This document shows, piece by piece, positions 52,621 to 64,000 of a stretch of DNA of 64,000 bases. The notes beneath the pieces are model-generated. The model made no database searches and was not told where the DNA came from. It saw nothing but the letters and a program-made list of their open reading frames with translations. Source of the DNA: Octopus sinensis (taxonomy: Eukaryota); assembly GCF_006345805.1 (NCBI RefSeq), contig NC_043009.1, positions 51,646,001 through 51,710,000 of the forward strand, given 5' to 3'. Made by a program: the position numbers and the translations under genes. Position 1 is the first letter of the stretch, and every line of letters begins with the position of its first letter.

Positions 52621-55432
52621 ATAACAATTTAGGAGTGACCCTAACAGGTCATTCGTCCACCAGAAGAGCAGCCAAACTCACACCGCCAAGTAGTAGTAAT
52701 TCAGAAATTAGTGAAAATTTAAAAACATTTACCCTAATTCATCTTTTAGACGTTGCAACGTTTCTGTGTCATTAATGATTAAATTAGCTTAATTAAATTA
52801 AATTAAGCTAATCTACCATAGGTTACACTTCATCAGTAAAAACCTGGGAGAGACAAATAACACGAGGCGTCTGTATCGATGCCTACGGAATATCTGTCTT
52901 AAAATTTCAAGACGGGTATTCGCCGCCAAACTTATCAGCAGTAAATATAAACTGCCGATTCAATCTCAGAATTATTCAGAAATTATCAATTAGTCAATTT
53001 AGGGTAGCAAAAAATTCAATAGAATTTCGCTACCAGCGGCCTGGTGGAAAAGAGAAAATAGTCATCGACTAAATATATAATTATAACAATTTAGGAGTGT
53101 GACCCTAACAGGTCATTCGTCCACCAGAAAGCGCAGCCATAACCTCACACGCCCCGCCAAGTAGTAGTAAATTCAGAATTAGGTGAAAATTTAAAAACAT
53201 TTACCCTAATTCATCTTTTAGACGTTGCAACGTTTCTGTGTCATTAATGATTAAATTAGCTTAATTAAATTAAATTAAGCTATCTACCATAGTTTACACT
53301 TCATCAGTAAAAAACCTGGAGAGACAAATATACACGAGGCGTCTGTATCGATGCCTACGGAATATCTGTCTTAAAATTTTCAAGACTGACGTATTCGCGC
53401 CAAACTTATCACAGTACATATAAACTGCCGATCAATCTCAGAATTATTCAGAAATTATCAATTAGTCAATTTAGGGTAGCAAAAAAATTCAATAGAAATT
53501 TATCGCTACCAGCGGCCTGGTGGAAAAGAGAAAATAGTCATCGACTAAATATATAAATATAACAATTTAGGAGTGACCCTAACAGGTCATTCGTCCACCA
53601 GAAAGAGCAGCCATAACTCACACCGCAAGTAGTAGTAATTCAGAATTAGGTGAAAATTTAAAACATTTTACCCTAATTCATCTTTTAGACGTTGCAACGT
53701 TTCTTGTCATTAATGATTAAATTAGCTTATTAAATTAAATTAAGCTAATCTACCATAGGTACACTTCATCAGTAAAAAACCTGGGAGAGACCAATATACA
53801 CGAGGCGTCTGTATCGATGCTACGTAATATCTGTCTTAAAATTTTCAGACTGACGTATTTGGCTGCTCTTTCTGGTGGACGAATGACCTGTTGGGTCACT
53901 CCTAAATTGTTATATTTTATATTTTAGTCGATGACTATTTTTCTCTTTTCCACCAGGCCGCTGGTAGCGATAAAATTTCTATTGAATTTTTTTGCTACCC
54001 TAAATTGACTAATTGATAATTTCTGAATAATTCGAGATTGAATCGGCAGTTATATTTACTGCTGATAAGTTTGGCGCGAATACGTCAGTCTTGAATTTTA
54101 AGACAGATATTCCGTAGGCATCGATACAGACGCCTCGTGTATATTTGTCTCTCCCAGGTTTTTTTACTGATGAAGTGTAACCTATGGTAGATTAGCTAAT
54201 TTAATTTATTAAGCTAATTTAATCATTAATGACACAGAAACTTTGCAACGTCTAAAAGATGAATTAGGGTAAATGTTTTTAAATTTTCACCACCTAATTT
54301 CTGAATTACTACTACTTGGCGGTGTGAGTTATGGCTGCTCTTTCTGGTGGACGAATGACCTGTTAGGGTCACTCCTAAATTGTTATATTTATATATTTAG
54401 TCGATGACTATTTCTCTTTTCCACCAGGCGCTGGTAGCGATAAATTTCTATTGAATTTTTTTGCTACCCTAAATTGACTAATTGATAATTTTCTGAATAA
54501 TTCTGAGATTGAATCGGCAGTTTATATTTACTGCTGATAAGTTTGGCGCAAATACGTCAGTCCTTGAAAATTTTAAGACAGAATTCCGTGGCATCGATAC
54601 AGACGCCTGTTATATTTGTCTCTCCCCAATTTTTTTACTGATGAAGTTGTACCTATGGTAGATTAGCTTAATTTAATTTAATTAAGCTAATTTAATCATT
54701 ATGACACAGAAACGTTGCAACGTCTAAAGATGAATTAGGGTAAATGTTTTTAAATTTTCACCCTAATTTCTGAATTACTACTACTTGGCGGTGTGAGTTA
54801 TGGCTGCTCTTTCTGGTGGACGATGACCTGTTAGGGTCACTCCTAAATTGTTATATTTATATATTATAGTCGATGACTTTTTCTTTTTCCACCAGGCCGC
54901 TGGTAGCGATAAATTTCTATTGAATTTTTTTGCTACCCTAAATTGACTAATTGATAATTTTCTGAATAATTCTGAGATTGAATCGGCAGTTTTATATTTA
55001 CTGCTGATAGTTTGGCGCGAATACGTCAGTCTTGAAAATTTTAGACAGATATTCCGTAGGCATCGATACAGACGCCTCGTGTATATATTTGTCTCTCCCA
55101 GGTTTTTTACTGATGAAGTGTAACCTATGGTAGATTAGCTTAATTTAATTTAATTAAGCTAATTTAATCATTAATGACACAGAAACGTTGCACGCAACGT
55201 CTAAAAGATGAATTAGGGTAAATGTTTTTTTAAATGTTCACTAATTTCTGAATTACTACTACTTGGCGGTGTGAGGAGTTGGCTGCTCTTTCTGGTGGAC
55301 GAATGACCTGTTAGGGTCACTCCTAATTGTTATATTTATATATTTAGTCGATGACTATTTTCTCTTTTTCCACCAGGCCGCTGGTAGCGATAAATTTCTA
55401 TTGAATTTTTTTGCTACCCTAAATTGACTAAT
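52621..55432. repeat. Retrozyme-like family 1, subfamily a: about 6 tandem monomers of 462-479 bp in two oppositely oriented blocks
   Basis: Left block unit starts (acaatttagg) at 52624, 53086 and 53562. Orientation switches at 53859/53860. Right block unit ends at 53910, 54383, 54851 and 55330, with a partial unit to 55432. Flanked by (TA)n. Confidence 0.95.
52743..52842 (-). ncRNA. Type I hammerhead, intact representative of the array (others at about 53215-53313 -, 53682-53778 -, 54161-54258 +, 54632-54729 +, 55104-55207 +)
   Basis: ttttta-CTGATGA-a-gtgt[about 56 nt incl. the 12-bp hairpin attagcttaatt/aattaagctaat]acac-a-GAA-ACGTTGCAACGT-C-taaaag. Perfect 12-nt palindromic stem III and GUC triplet. 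Confidence 0.8.
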
Positions 55433-55923
55433 ATATATATATATATGTATATATATTATAGCCTGCACTTATCTCAATCGGTAGACTGCGGCCAAGCTGG
55501 GGTACCACCTTGAAGGATATTTGGTAACATTGTCTCTGACCTCTATTTCTCAATCCATCTCTCTATCTCTTTAATATCTCTCTAGCTACCTATTCCAATG
55601 TTTGTCTTTCTCTCACTCTGTGTATGTCTCTGTTTCTCTCCCTCCTTTTCACACACACACACACATGCACGCACAGACACAGATAGAGATAGGCAGACAG
55701 ACACACACACATACACACATCTATCTACATGCATACACATATGTGTCTACATGTATACATACACACGTGGATGCTTTAGGTTCGGTTTATATTGTAACGC
55801 ATCTGTATTGTCGAAACTATTTGCGTTCTCATCTTTAATCTGAAAAATATAAATACACCAAACGTCTCAGGTTCAATACTTGTGCACTTCTCAACACTGT
55901 CTGTAATAATAACAATAATAATC

Positions 55924-55961
<38 letters not shown>

Positions 55962-56246
55962 CATAATAATAATAATAATAATGATAATATATAATAAATA
56001 ATAACAAATAATCAATAATAATAATAATAGTAATAATAATAAAATAATAATAATAATAATAATAACAATAACAATAATACATCATAATATAATAATAGTA
56101 TATATATATATATATATACATATAAATATACTTACTATCTATTTTATATATATATTATATATATATACAATATTTATATATATATATATATATTATACAT
56201 ATATACATACGTACATACATAAATATACATACATACATCCATAACA

Positions 56247-56295
<49 letters not shown>

Positions 56296-57689
56296 CGTCT
56301 CAATTAATATAGGGGCAGCTAAAGTGTTCTGAAAACAAGTGTATAGCAAAAATCCAATTTCACTTTCTATCAATTTATTCTCGTTTGTCTGGACGTATTA
56401 CCTTCGTACTGTCTGCACATACATGTATGTCCAGTGTTTAGGCATTATATATTTGTTCATGTCCAGTAGTTACAACCTTTGTCCATTGAATTCTCTATTT
56501 GTGTATGTTTATATGCATTTCTATGTGCCTATGTGCGTATACATATATATATATATATATATAAATACAATCACGTATATACGTGTGTGTACGTGTATAT
56601 AAGTATATATGCGTATATGTATATAATACACACAAACTCAGACATATGTGTGTGTGTTTATACGCATGTATATACATATATTTCTGGATGTGTGTCTTCG
56701 TAAATACACATTCTTTCTGTGCTTCTATCGATCTGTTTAACTAACCGGTTTCAATTCTCTCACATCCTCTCTACATGCCGCAGTGTAACTGAAACTTACT
56801 CTTTCATTTATCGATCGTGTGATGTTAATGAGCCCTTTAAGAGGGTTCGTTTTCCTTAGATGTTGAACATATGCCTTTTCTACTCATCTAGTCCTCTTGT
56901 CAGCATGTTCCCATCACCGGCCCTTTTTTTCATTCTTCTATCTCTATTCCACACACACACATACACACATTTATACTTCTATGTGTATTTCGGCAAAGTT
57001 CGCAAACAAAACCCTACTTAATCAGCCTCGGGTCATTAATTCCATTTAACAAGATTTCACAACCAGCATGGTATCAACTTGATCGCCACAACCATCATCA
57101 TAATAAATAACAGTAGTAGTAGTAGTAGTTGTTGTTGTTGTTGTTGTTGTAGTAATAGTAGTAGTAGTAGTTGTAGTAATAGGTAGTAGTAGTTCTAATA
57201 ATAATAGTAATAATAATAATAATGATAATGATAATAATAATAATAATATTAATAATAATAATAATAATAATAATAATTCTGTTGTAATAACAACAATAAC
57301 AACAACAACAAAAATAATAATGCCGACTTCAATAACAGCAGCAGCAACAAAAATTGCCTGGAATATTGCAAATGTGGGATTAGATCGAATTTGATATTAG
57401 AGAATGTGAGGGAAAAGTCTATTGACTTTAATACAAATGTACCAGCACTTGCTGCTTTACAAACAAATATATCTCCTGCAGTCAGGTGGGGCTGAGTGGG
57501 GGGGGGTGATCGCGCACAAGATGGACAAGAGTGAGGAATGGATGCAGAGGAAGATGGAGACGGAGAAAAAAAAAAAAACGATGAAAAAGGTGGACGAGCA
57601 GGAGAAGGGGAAAAATGGAAAGGAAGGTGAGGATGTAGATGTAAGAGAGCTTATAAGAGAGGAAGAAAAAATAAAAGAAAAATAATAAG

Positions 57690-57695
57690 AAAATA

Positions 57696-57726
<31 letters not shown>

Positions 57727-57860
57727 TAAGAAAGAAATAAGAAGAAGAAGAAATAAAAGAAGAAGAAGAAGAAGAAGAAGAAGAAGAAGAAGAAGAAGAA
57801 GAAGAAGAAGAAGAAGAAGAAGAAGAAGAAGAAGAAAAAGAAGAAGAAAGAGGAAGAGAA
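57690..57860. repeat. (AAT)n/(AAG)n microsatellite
   Basis: Directly visible. Confidence 0.95.
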
Positions 57861-58532
57861 AACGTGTTTAGAAATTAAGAGTGAAAAATGCTTCGGTATG
57901 TTGATCGTTCGGTCGGATGGTCTGTTGGATAGTAAATAAACCTGTAAAATGAAGCGTGTGATAGGAGGTCAGAGCATTCGAGGAGAGCAACGGAATGAAT
58001 ATGGCCGAAGGCTTAGTATTATGAGAAACAGCCAACCATATCATCACCAGCCACCGCTACTCTACAGCCAGCTCCAAGTAAATATCTCATATCAGATGAT
58101 GTTCTTGTGTACTTGAAACACCGAAATTTCTTCATTTTCACCTGAAGTGTAGATTGCTACGTCATAGTAGTAGAAATGATAAAAAGGAGAGAAGAGAGGT
58201 AGGGGATAAGGGGAGAGGAAGGAGGTGTGAGGAAAGGCAGAGAAATGTAGCATCGTTGACTGGTAGTGTTCAAGGGCTTCTCTGCTGGAATAATATATCC
58301 TATATTGGTTTGTCAGTTGAGTTATACAGAATACCGTTGTTCTTGACGATAATGATGATGGTGGTGTGGACGTGGGGAAGTGGGGGAAACGAGGACGATG
58401 ATGACGGTAATGTGTGTTGCTACTATCATCATTAACGATATCACTATCACCGTAACGATGATGATGATGCTAGTTGTCTGAAAGCTGGTATTGTCTGAAG
58501 TAGAGACGATATAATACTGGTACTTTTAAGCA

Positions 58533-59420
58533 TACGTGGCCTGATAAATAAGTACCTGTACTATTGCCATGGTAATGAAGCTAAAGCACGCAGACTGAAG
58601 TCTGTGGGCATAGATTGATCTTGAACTCTACTGTTCTAGTTTATTTCTTCCAAGCAGTGCTTGGAAGTAAAGTGTATAGGGTGTGTTCGTCGCATTGACC
58701 ATGACAGAGAAAGTTGAGCAGAGAATTTGCATCACATATTCTTTTCTACTCTAGGCACAAGGCCCGAAATTTTAGGGGAGGGAGACAGTCGATTAGATGG
58801 ACCTCAGTACACAACTGGTACTTAAACTGTCGATCCCGAAAGGATGATAGGCAAAGTCGACCTCTGAATTTGAACTCAGAACGCAAAGACCGACGAAATA
58901 CCGCTAAGCATTTTGGCCGTCATGCTAACGTTTCCGCCAGCTCACCACCTTAACCTGCATCACATATTGTCAAAAGCTTAGTGATAACTGCTCAGAGGCA
59001 TGCGCAAATTTTCTGAAGAAGTTTCCATCGTTCTTAACACAATGAAGGAGATAAAGTACAAGTAAAACCCGAGTGTCTTTTTGGTCAGCTGAAAACAGTT
59101 TTGGCACAAACTTGGCAAACACGCGTCTCATATCTAAATCTTCAGCAATAATGGACTGATAATTATTCCATAATGCTATGATAATTATTCTACACCCGTA
59201 CCTGCTTACTTCGAAATGAAGCAGATGTTATTTCTGAATATCCTTCTACTAGAGAGATGATTAAGCAATGACCAGGGTCTCTCACGCCCAAATGCTGGTT
59301 GACCGTTGACTTGACTAAATTCATCTTTTCTTTGAGAGGTTTTTGTTTTGTCGTCCTGTAGGGTGTCCGACGAAAATCACTCAACTTGCAAAGGAGGTTT
59401 CGTAGGTTTGCCGTATTAGT
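58533..59420. mobile_element. Rearranged mariner relic interrupted by a SINE
   Basis: TIR-like tacgtggcctgataaataagtacc at 58533. The plus strand gives VEQRICITYCQKLSDNCSE and the minus strand gives EDLDMRRVFAKFVPKLFSADQK. Confidence 0.7.
58741..58955 (-). mobile_element. SINE family B with perfect 13-bp TSD
   Basis: tgcatcacatatt at 58728-58740 and 58956-58968 flanks an inverted family B SINE. Confidence 0.9.
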
Positions 59421-59929
59421 CGCTAACAGTTCGATTGTGTTACAGGTTGTACTGGGTTACCTGTTACCAAAATATCTAACAGCGACCTGAAAATAATTTG
59501 TCTGTTTATTAACACACACACATACATATATACATGTATATTAAATTAAACACACAACCTAAAGAGTTACTAAGCTATACTTGGACAAACATATTCATAA
59601 AATACGCCATGTATCTGAAAGCAATCTTTTGGGCTTGTTTATGCGTTATATGCAATTTTCTTTTAATACAAAGACGCTGGATAGTAAGAAAATAATAAAA
59701 AAAAAATAAACGTGGAAAAATGTGAAGAAGGTTGGTGCAAAAAACAGAACGAGAAAAGACAAACGAAATGAAGAACTACGATCCTCGTCCTTCCCGATTG
59801 CAGAAAGCTCATAAGATATAACTTGTTTAGAACAATATAACAGAAAATATGTCAAAGTCTACAAGAGACCAACTCAATCCGGAGCGGGTGGCGCCCTCTA
59901 ATTCGATAACAGAAACCTGTCCATATGTC

Positions 59930-60400
59930 TATACCAGCTAAAAATTTCAGATCTCGAATTAAACAGTGTGTTGGAATAGCTGACTCGAAGAAGACTATGG
60001 GATCTTTCTGCTACGCACAAGTTACATTTCTTAGAGCCATTAACATATAGCTGGGCTTTCTCTACTATTCTCCACCTTATGTGGTGTGGAGCTGCTTTTC
60101 AAATTCTCAACGTGGCTAGCCAACTTAATTGCATTCCGTTTATCGATGTGCTAGAAAGAAGACAGGTGGTTTGCATAACGCCTCTTGAATTCGTCCTCAC
60201 GTAACCCGATGTAATTCTTTTCAATTTGTGTTGGAACATAGCTGTAATTTCAGCCTCTTATATGACAGAGTTTGTCATACGTACCTGGTCAAGTGGGCAA
60301 GCTTCAGGGTATCGACGATTAAAATTAGGAGTGGTCTTTTGGTGATCTTTACGAGTTATAATGTTCTTCATACTAGGTTAGCAACTGTATGATAGTTTTA
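59930..60400 (-). mobile_element. Penelope GIY-YIG endonuclease relic (different PLE lineage)
   Basis: Minus strand gives CPLD...NSVI*EAEIT, NYIGLREDEFKRRYANHLSSF and WRIVEKAQLYVNGSKKCNLCVAERS. Confidence 0.85.
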
Positions 60401-61069
60401 TTGAACATCCGTTACAACTTTCCTGAAAAATATTGATCTACATTCACACACACATAAACACACTAATACACATATACTCGGACACTAACAGACAGACACA
60501 GAATTGTGTACAATTATATAAATTTGTATATATTTGTGTTTGTGAATAAATTCATATGTACATGTTTGTTTGTACGAGAGTATTTTGAATGTATTCTAAA
60601 TGGAGTTTTGTAACCAATGTGGTTTTGAAAAGGGACGCGATTTGAATATTTTTTTTTTGTCACAGGTATTCGGTTCAAAATACTACGAAATATTTTTGAC
60701 GTAAATTTCGAGTTTAAATTAAGAGAAAATCCTTGATGCTATAAGTCATATGATGGATTAAAATTTCATGATATCCTGTTTTTTAAACATCTAATTAAAA
60801 TTCTAGTTGACTGTGATTAAATCCAACAGCTCGAGGTGAAGAATTACGAGCGATTCTTTATTAGTGACATCATTTGTAAAAATATAACTAATTATGATAT
60901 TAAATATTTATAGATAATGATACGGGTAATTTTCGTTTTATAGAAAGAGGTCTAAAAGTATTTATAAATGTAAATTTATAATTTCTTTTAAATTCGTATG
61001 TGAAAATAATGGGGATTTATAACTTCTTATATATATTTGTATATTGTACATACTCACCTACACACAAAA

Positions 61070-61114
<45 letters not shown>

Positions 61115-61334
61115 CACATTCATGTGTACACACACGGTGACTAGTAAATTTTACCACGTAAAATTCCACCACAGTATATTCCAACATGGAAAATTTCACC
61201 AGAGGTGCAATTATCATCACTAGTTTGTGAAAACTATGCACTGCTCTTACAGCTGAGGAAGGATTAAGCCATACAAAAATTGCACACATTTGACGTGGGG
61301 ACTCAAATACAAAAAAAAGCCATCAAATTATTAT

Positions 61335-61960
61335 TTTCTACTCTTGGTATAAGGCCCAACATTTTTGCGGAAGGGGCCAGTGGATTTGAACGACACCAAT
61401 ACGCAACTGGTAATTAATTTATCGGCCCCGAAAGGATGAAAGCCAAACTCGACCTCGGCGGAATTTGAACTCATTATCTGTGGAGTTGTGTGGGGTAGTG
61501 TGATATGGTATGGTGGTGTGATGGTGTGTTGTGTGGGGATGTTCGTGAGGTGGGATGTGCGGATGTGGCGTATGGATGTGGAGTGGGGATGTGGAGTTGT
61601 GCGTCGAGTGTCTTCTACTATAGCTGCGAACCGACAAATGACTTTTGAGGGGATTTGGTAGACGGGAACTGAAAGAAGCCTGTCGAGTATATATATATTC
61701 TTTTCTTGATTTCAGTCATTTGACTGCGGCCATGCTGGAGCACCGCCTTTAGTCGGACAATTCTATCTACGCCTCGTACTTACACACACACAAGCACATA
61801 CGAAGGGCACCTTTCAAATTCCGTCCACCAAATCCACTCACAAGGCTTTGGTCGGCCCGAAGCTACCGAAACTATAGTAGAAAACATTTGCCCAAGGTGC
61901 TACGCTGTGGGACTGAACCCTGAACCACGTGGTTGGGAACGAAGCTTCTTACCACAGAGC
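61335..61960. mobile_element. Cluster of SINE B (-) and SINE A (+/-) fragments
   Basis: Recognisable blocks at 61335-61470, 61590-61680 and 61700-61960. Confidence 0.7.
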
Positions 61961-62199
61961 CCTGCATATATGTATACATATATATGTATGTCTGCATATG
62001 AATGAAAATATTGTCTTCATTGGACATAGAAACAACTAATTATTTAACTGCAGGACTACACAATACTCTTTAGTAATTACATATAACTTTACGGGCAAAA
62101 GGTAAACAATGCCTTCAATGTTTCAGTTTGCTCACCGTCACCATTTATACGTGCATATATATGTACGTATACAATACACACACACATTCATACACACAC

Positions 62200-62230
<31 letters not shown>

Positions 62231-62390
62231 TGTATGTATGTATGTATATATGTATGCATGTGTGTATGTATGTATTTATGTATGTATGTATATGTATGTA
62301 TGTATGTATGTATGTATGCATGTATTTACTTATGTATGTATGTATGTATGTATGTATGCATGTATGTATGTATGTATGCATGTGTAGTAT
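62200..62390. repeat. (TATG)n microsatellite
   Basis: Directly visible. Confidence 0.95.
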
Positions 62391-62981
62391 TAAGAGTGTG
62401 TTTATACAGCTATATCAATAGATTTTTTTTGGAAAATCGTGTGTAAACTTGCGTTTTCCGCATTCTGATTTTCTCGAAGTATTATAGTTCATTTAATCTA
62501 GAATACAATAGTGATAATAAATAAATATTATACATTTCATAACAATACTACTCTTTGAATTTTCTTCGAGCGAGAGATAGTTTATATTTTATTGTTACTA
62601 CATTTCTTCTGTCAATCAACTACAGTTTCGTTTTTGATTCTCCAAATATGACATAATAACGGTTTATATCAACTGACACTTGGTTGTTCGTTCTTTTTTT
62701 TTGTATTTATCATTTTGTTATGCATTGCAAGTATGATCTGTTGACTTGCATTTTAGATTTATATACTTTGAAAAAAAAAATCGCAACATAAATTGTTCAA
62801 ATAATCATAAGTTCCTTCACAAAAGAATTGTTGCTGGTCATTGAAAATTTTGTCGATTTGCAATATAAGTATCACCAACAATTGAACGTGTAATTTACAT
62901 TTCAGATGTAATGGTTCTTCCACTCAAGATGTGGATATTTTTCTTGGTAGATCTTCATCATGGTTTATTTACGCCAGCATG

Positions 62982-63013
<32 letters not shown>

Positions 63014-63649
63014 CATGTAGGATGTGTGTAAATGCGTATATATACACATAAATGCATACACACACGTGTATATAGATATAGTTAGTTAGATAGAGACATA
63101 GATAGATATACTCAGACCTAGACACATACATATATAGACACTGTTCACAGACATATGCACACACATATATCTATTCAAATAAATACGTTTGTTTTTGTGT
63201 GTTTGTTTATATTTGTGTGCTGTCTGCATCAGCTGCCGTTTACTAAAGATTCATTTCAATAATTTCGATCTCCAATATCTTCTCTCAGTATTTAAAATAA
63301 TCGAGTTGTTTCTTGTTGTAGCTATTGTAGCGTTCTCTCGAGTGAAATAACAGCTTTCATGGTTACATGCACTCACTTGAAAATAATGGGGTTTTTTTCG
63401 GGGATGGTGTGAATTTGTATTTTTGTCTTCTGCAAAGGTCCTATCTCCATACGTTAGTCAATGTAGATTCACAGTGGGATCGAACAGAAAGCCTCATGGT
63501 TTTGAAGCAAGGCTGCACATTGTCGTACAAATAAAATATACAGACATACAGAGTCATGCTCTCTCTCTCTCTCACACACACACACATACACATGCACACA
63601 CATAAATGCCAGGGAAGAGCAGAATAGCCCGCAATTGCACCAAAACCTT

Positions 63650-64000
63650 CTTTGCATTGGCTACACAACTTGCAGCGATTGCATGCTAATGATGGAACTA
63701 TTGCATTTGCGGAAGCGAGGTTTGACCTGCGTTGCTCCAGTTTTCTTTCTTGTGTTACTGAGAGAACATGGCCTCTCCGCTAGCAGTGAGTACCAAGGAA
63801 GAACAGATATTGTGATACGGTTTCTCCGGTCTGAATGTGTATCGAGGGCCGAAATTAATCGCGGGTTTTCAGCACAATACGAGGGCATCATTTTACTGCG
63901 TACTGCATGAGTGGATCGTAGAGTTTAAGAATAACCGGATAAACATGGAGCACGAAGAGAGAGCAGGACACCCATCAACCGCCTTTACTGACGTGAAGAA
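63650..64000 (+). mobile_element. Mariner 5' relic running off the window
   Basis: MASPLAVSTKEE..VIRFLRSECVSRAEINR...HEWIVEFKNNR.NMEHEERAGHPST matches the mariner N-terminal HTH region. Confidence 0.8.

Noticed and set aside
52621-55432. Interpretation as a CRISPR array or an ordinary satellite DNA
   Set aside because: Units are entirely repeated with no unique spacers, and the context is eukaryotic. A plain satellite does not explain the conserved ribozyme core and the covarying dispersed relatives.

Overview
AT-rich, microsatellite-saturated animal genomic DNA, most likely Octopus. That call is inferred from three tRNA-derived SINE families I recognise from octopus, plus abundant mariner and Penelope relics. 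I find no confidently supported host protein-coding gene. The ORF track is almost entirely translated microsatellite or transposon debris, and there is only a weak candidate spliced 5' end on the minus strand at about 205-680. Mobile elements: about 20 SINE copies or fragments, several Tc1/mariner relics and MITEs, a Chapaev3-like transposase relic, RTE and R4/Dong LINE 3' ends, and several Penelope-like elements (PLEs), including a near-complete RT+GIY-YIG copy at 45.7-47.6 kb. The main result is at least 15 intact or decayed hammerhead ribozyme (HHR) motifs. Eight belong to a non-coding, highly structured repeat family of about 470-495 bp: a roughly 6-unit inverted tandem array at 52.6-55.4 kb and two diverged dispersed copies at 34.1 and 37.7 kb. 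Its type I HHR is atypical, with an extra A on both sides of stem II, a stem II extension of about 45-60 nt and a 12-nt palindromic stem III, and all three helices covary between subfamilies. A second family of about 407 bp with its own long-stem-II HHR lies at 51.4-51.9 kb. These look like cephalopod retrozymes (non-autonomous, possibly circular-RNA, PLE-mobilised retroelements). Frequent 1-nt indels between near-identical repeats and a 100-N gap suggest an imperfectly polished long-read assembly, so copy number, the inversion and single-base details need read-level confirmation. All alignments and folds were done by eye.
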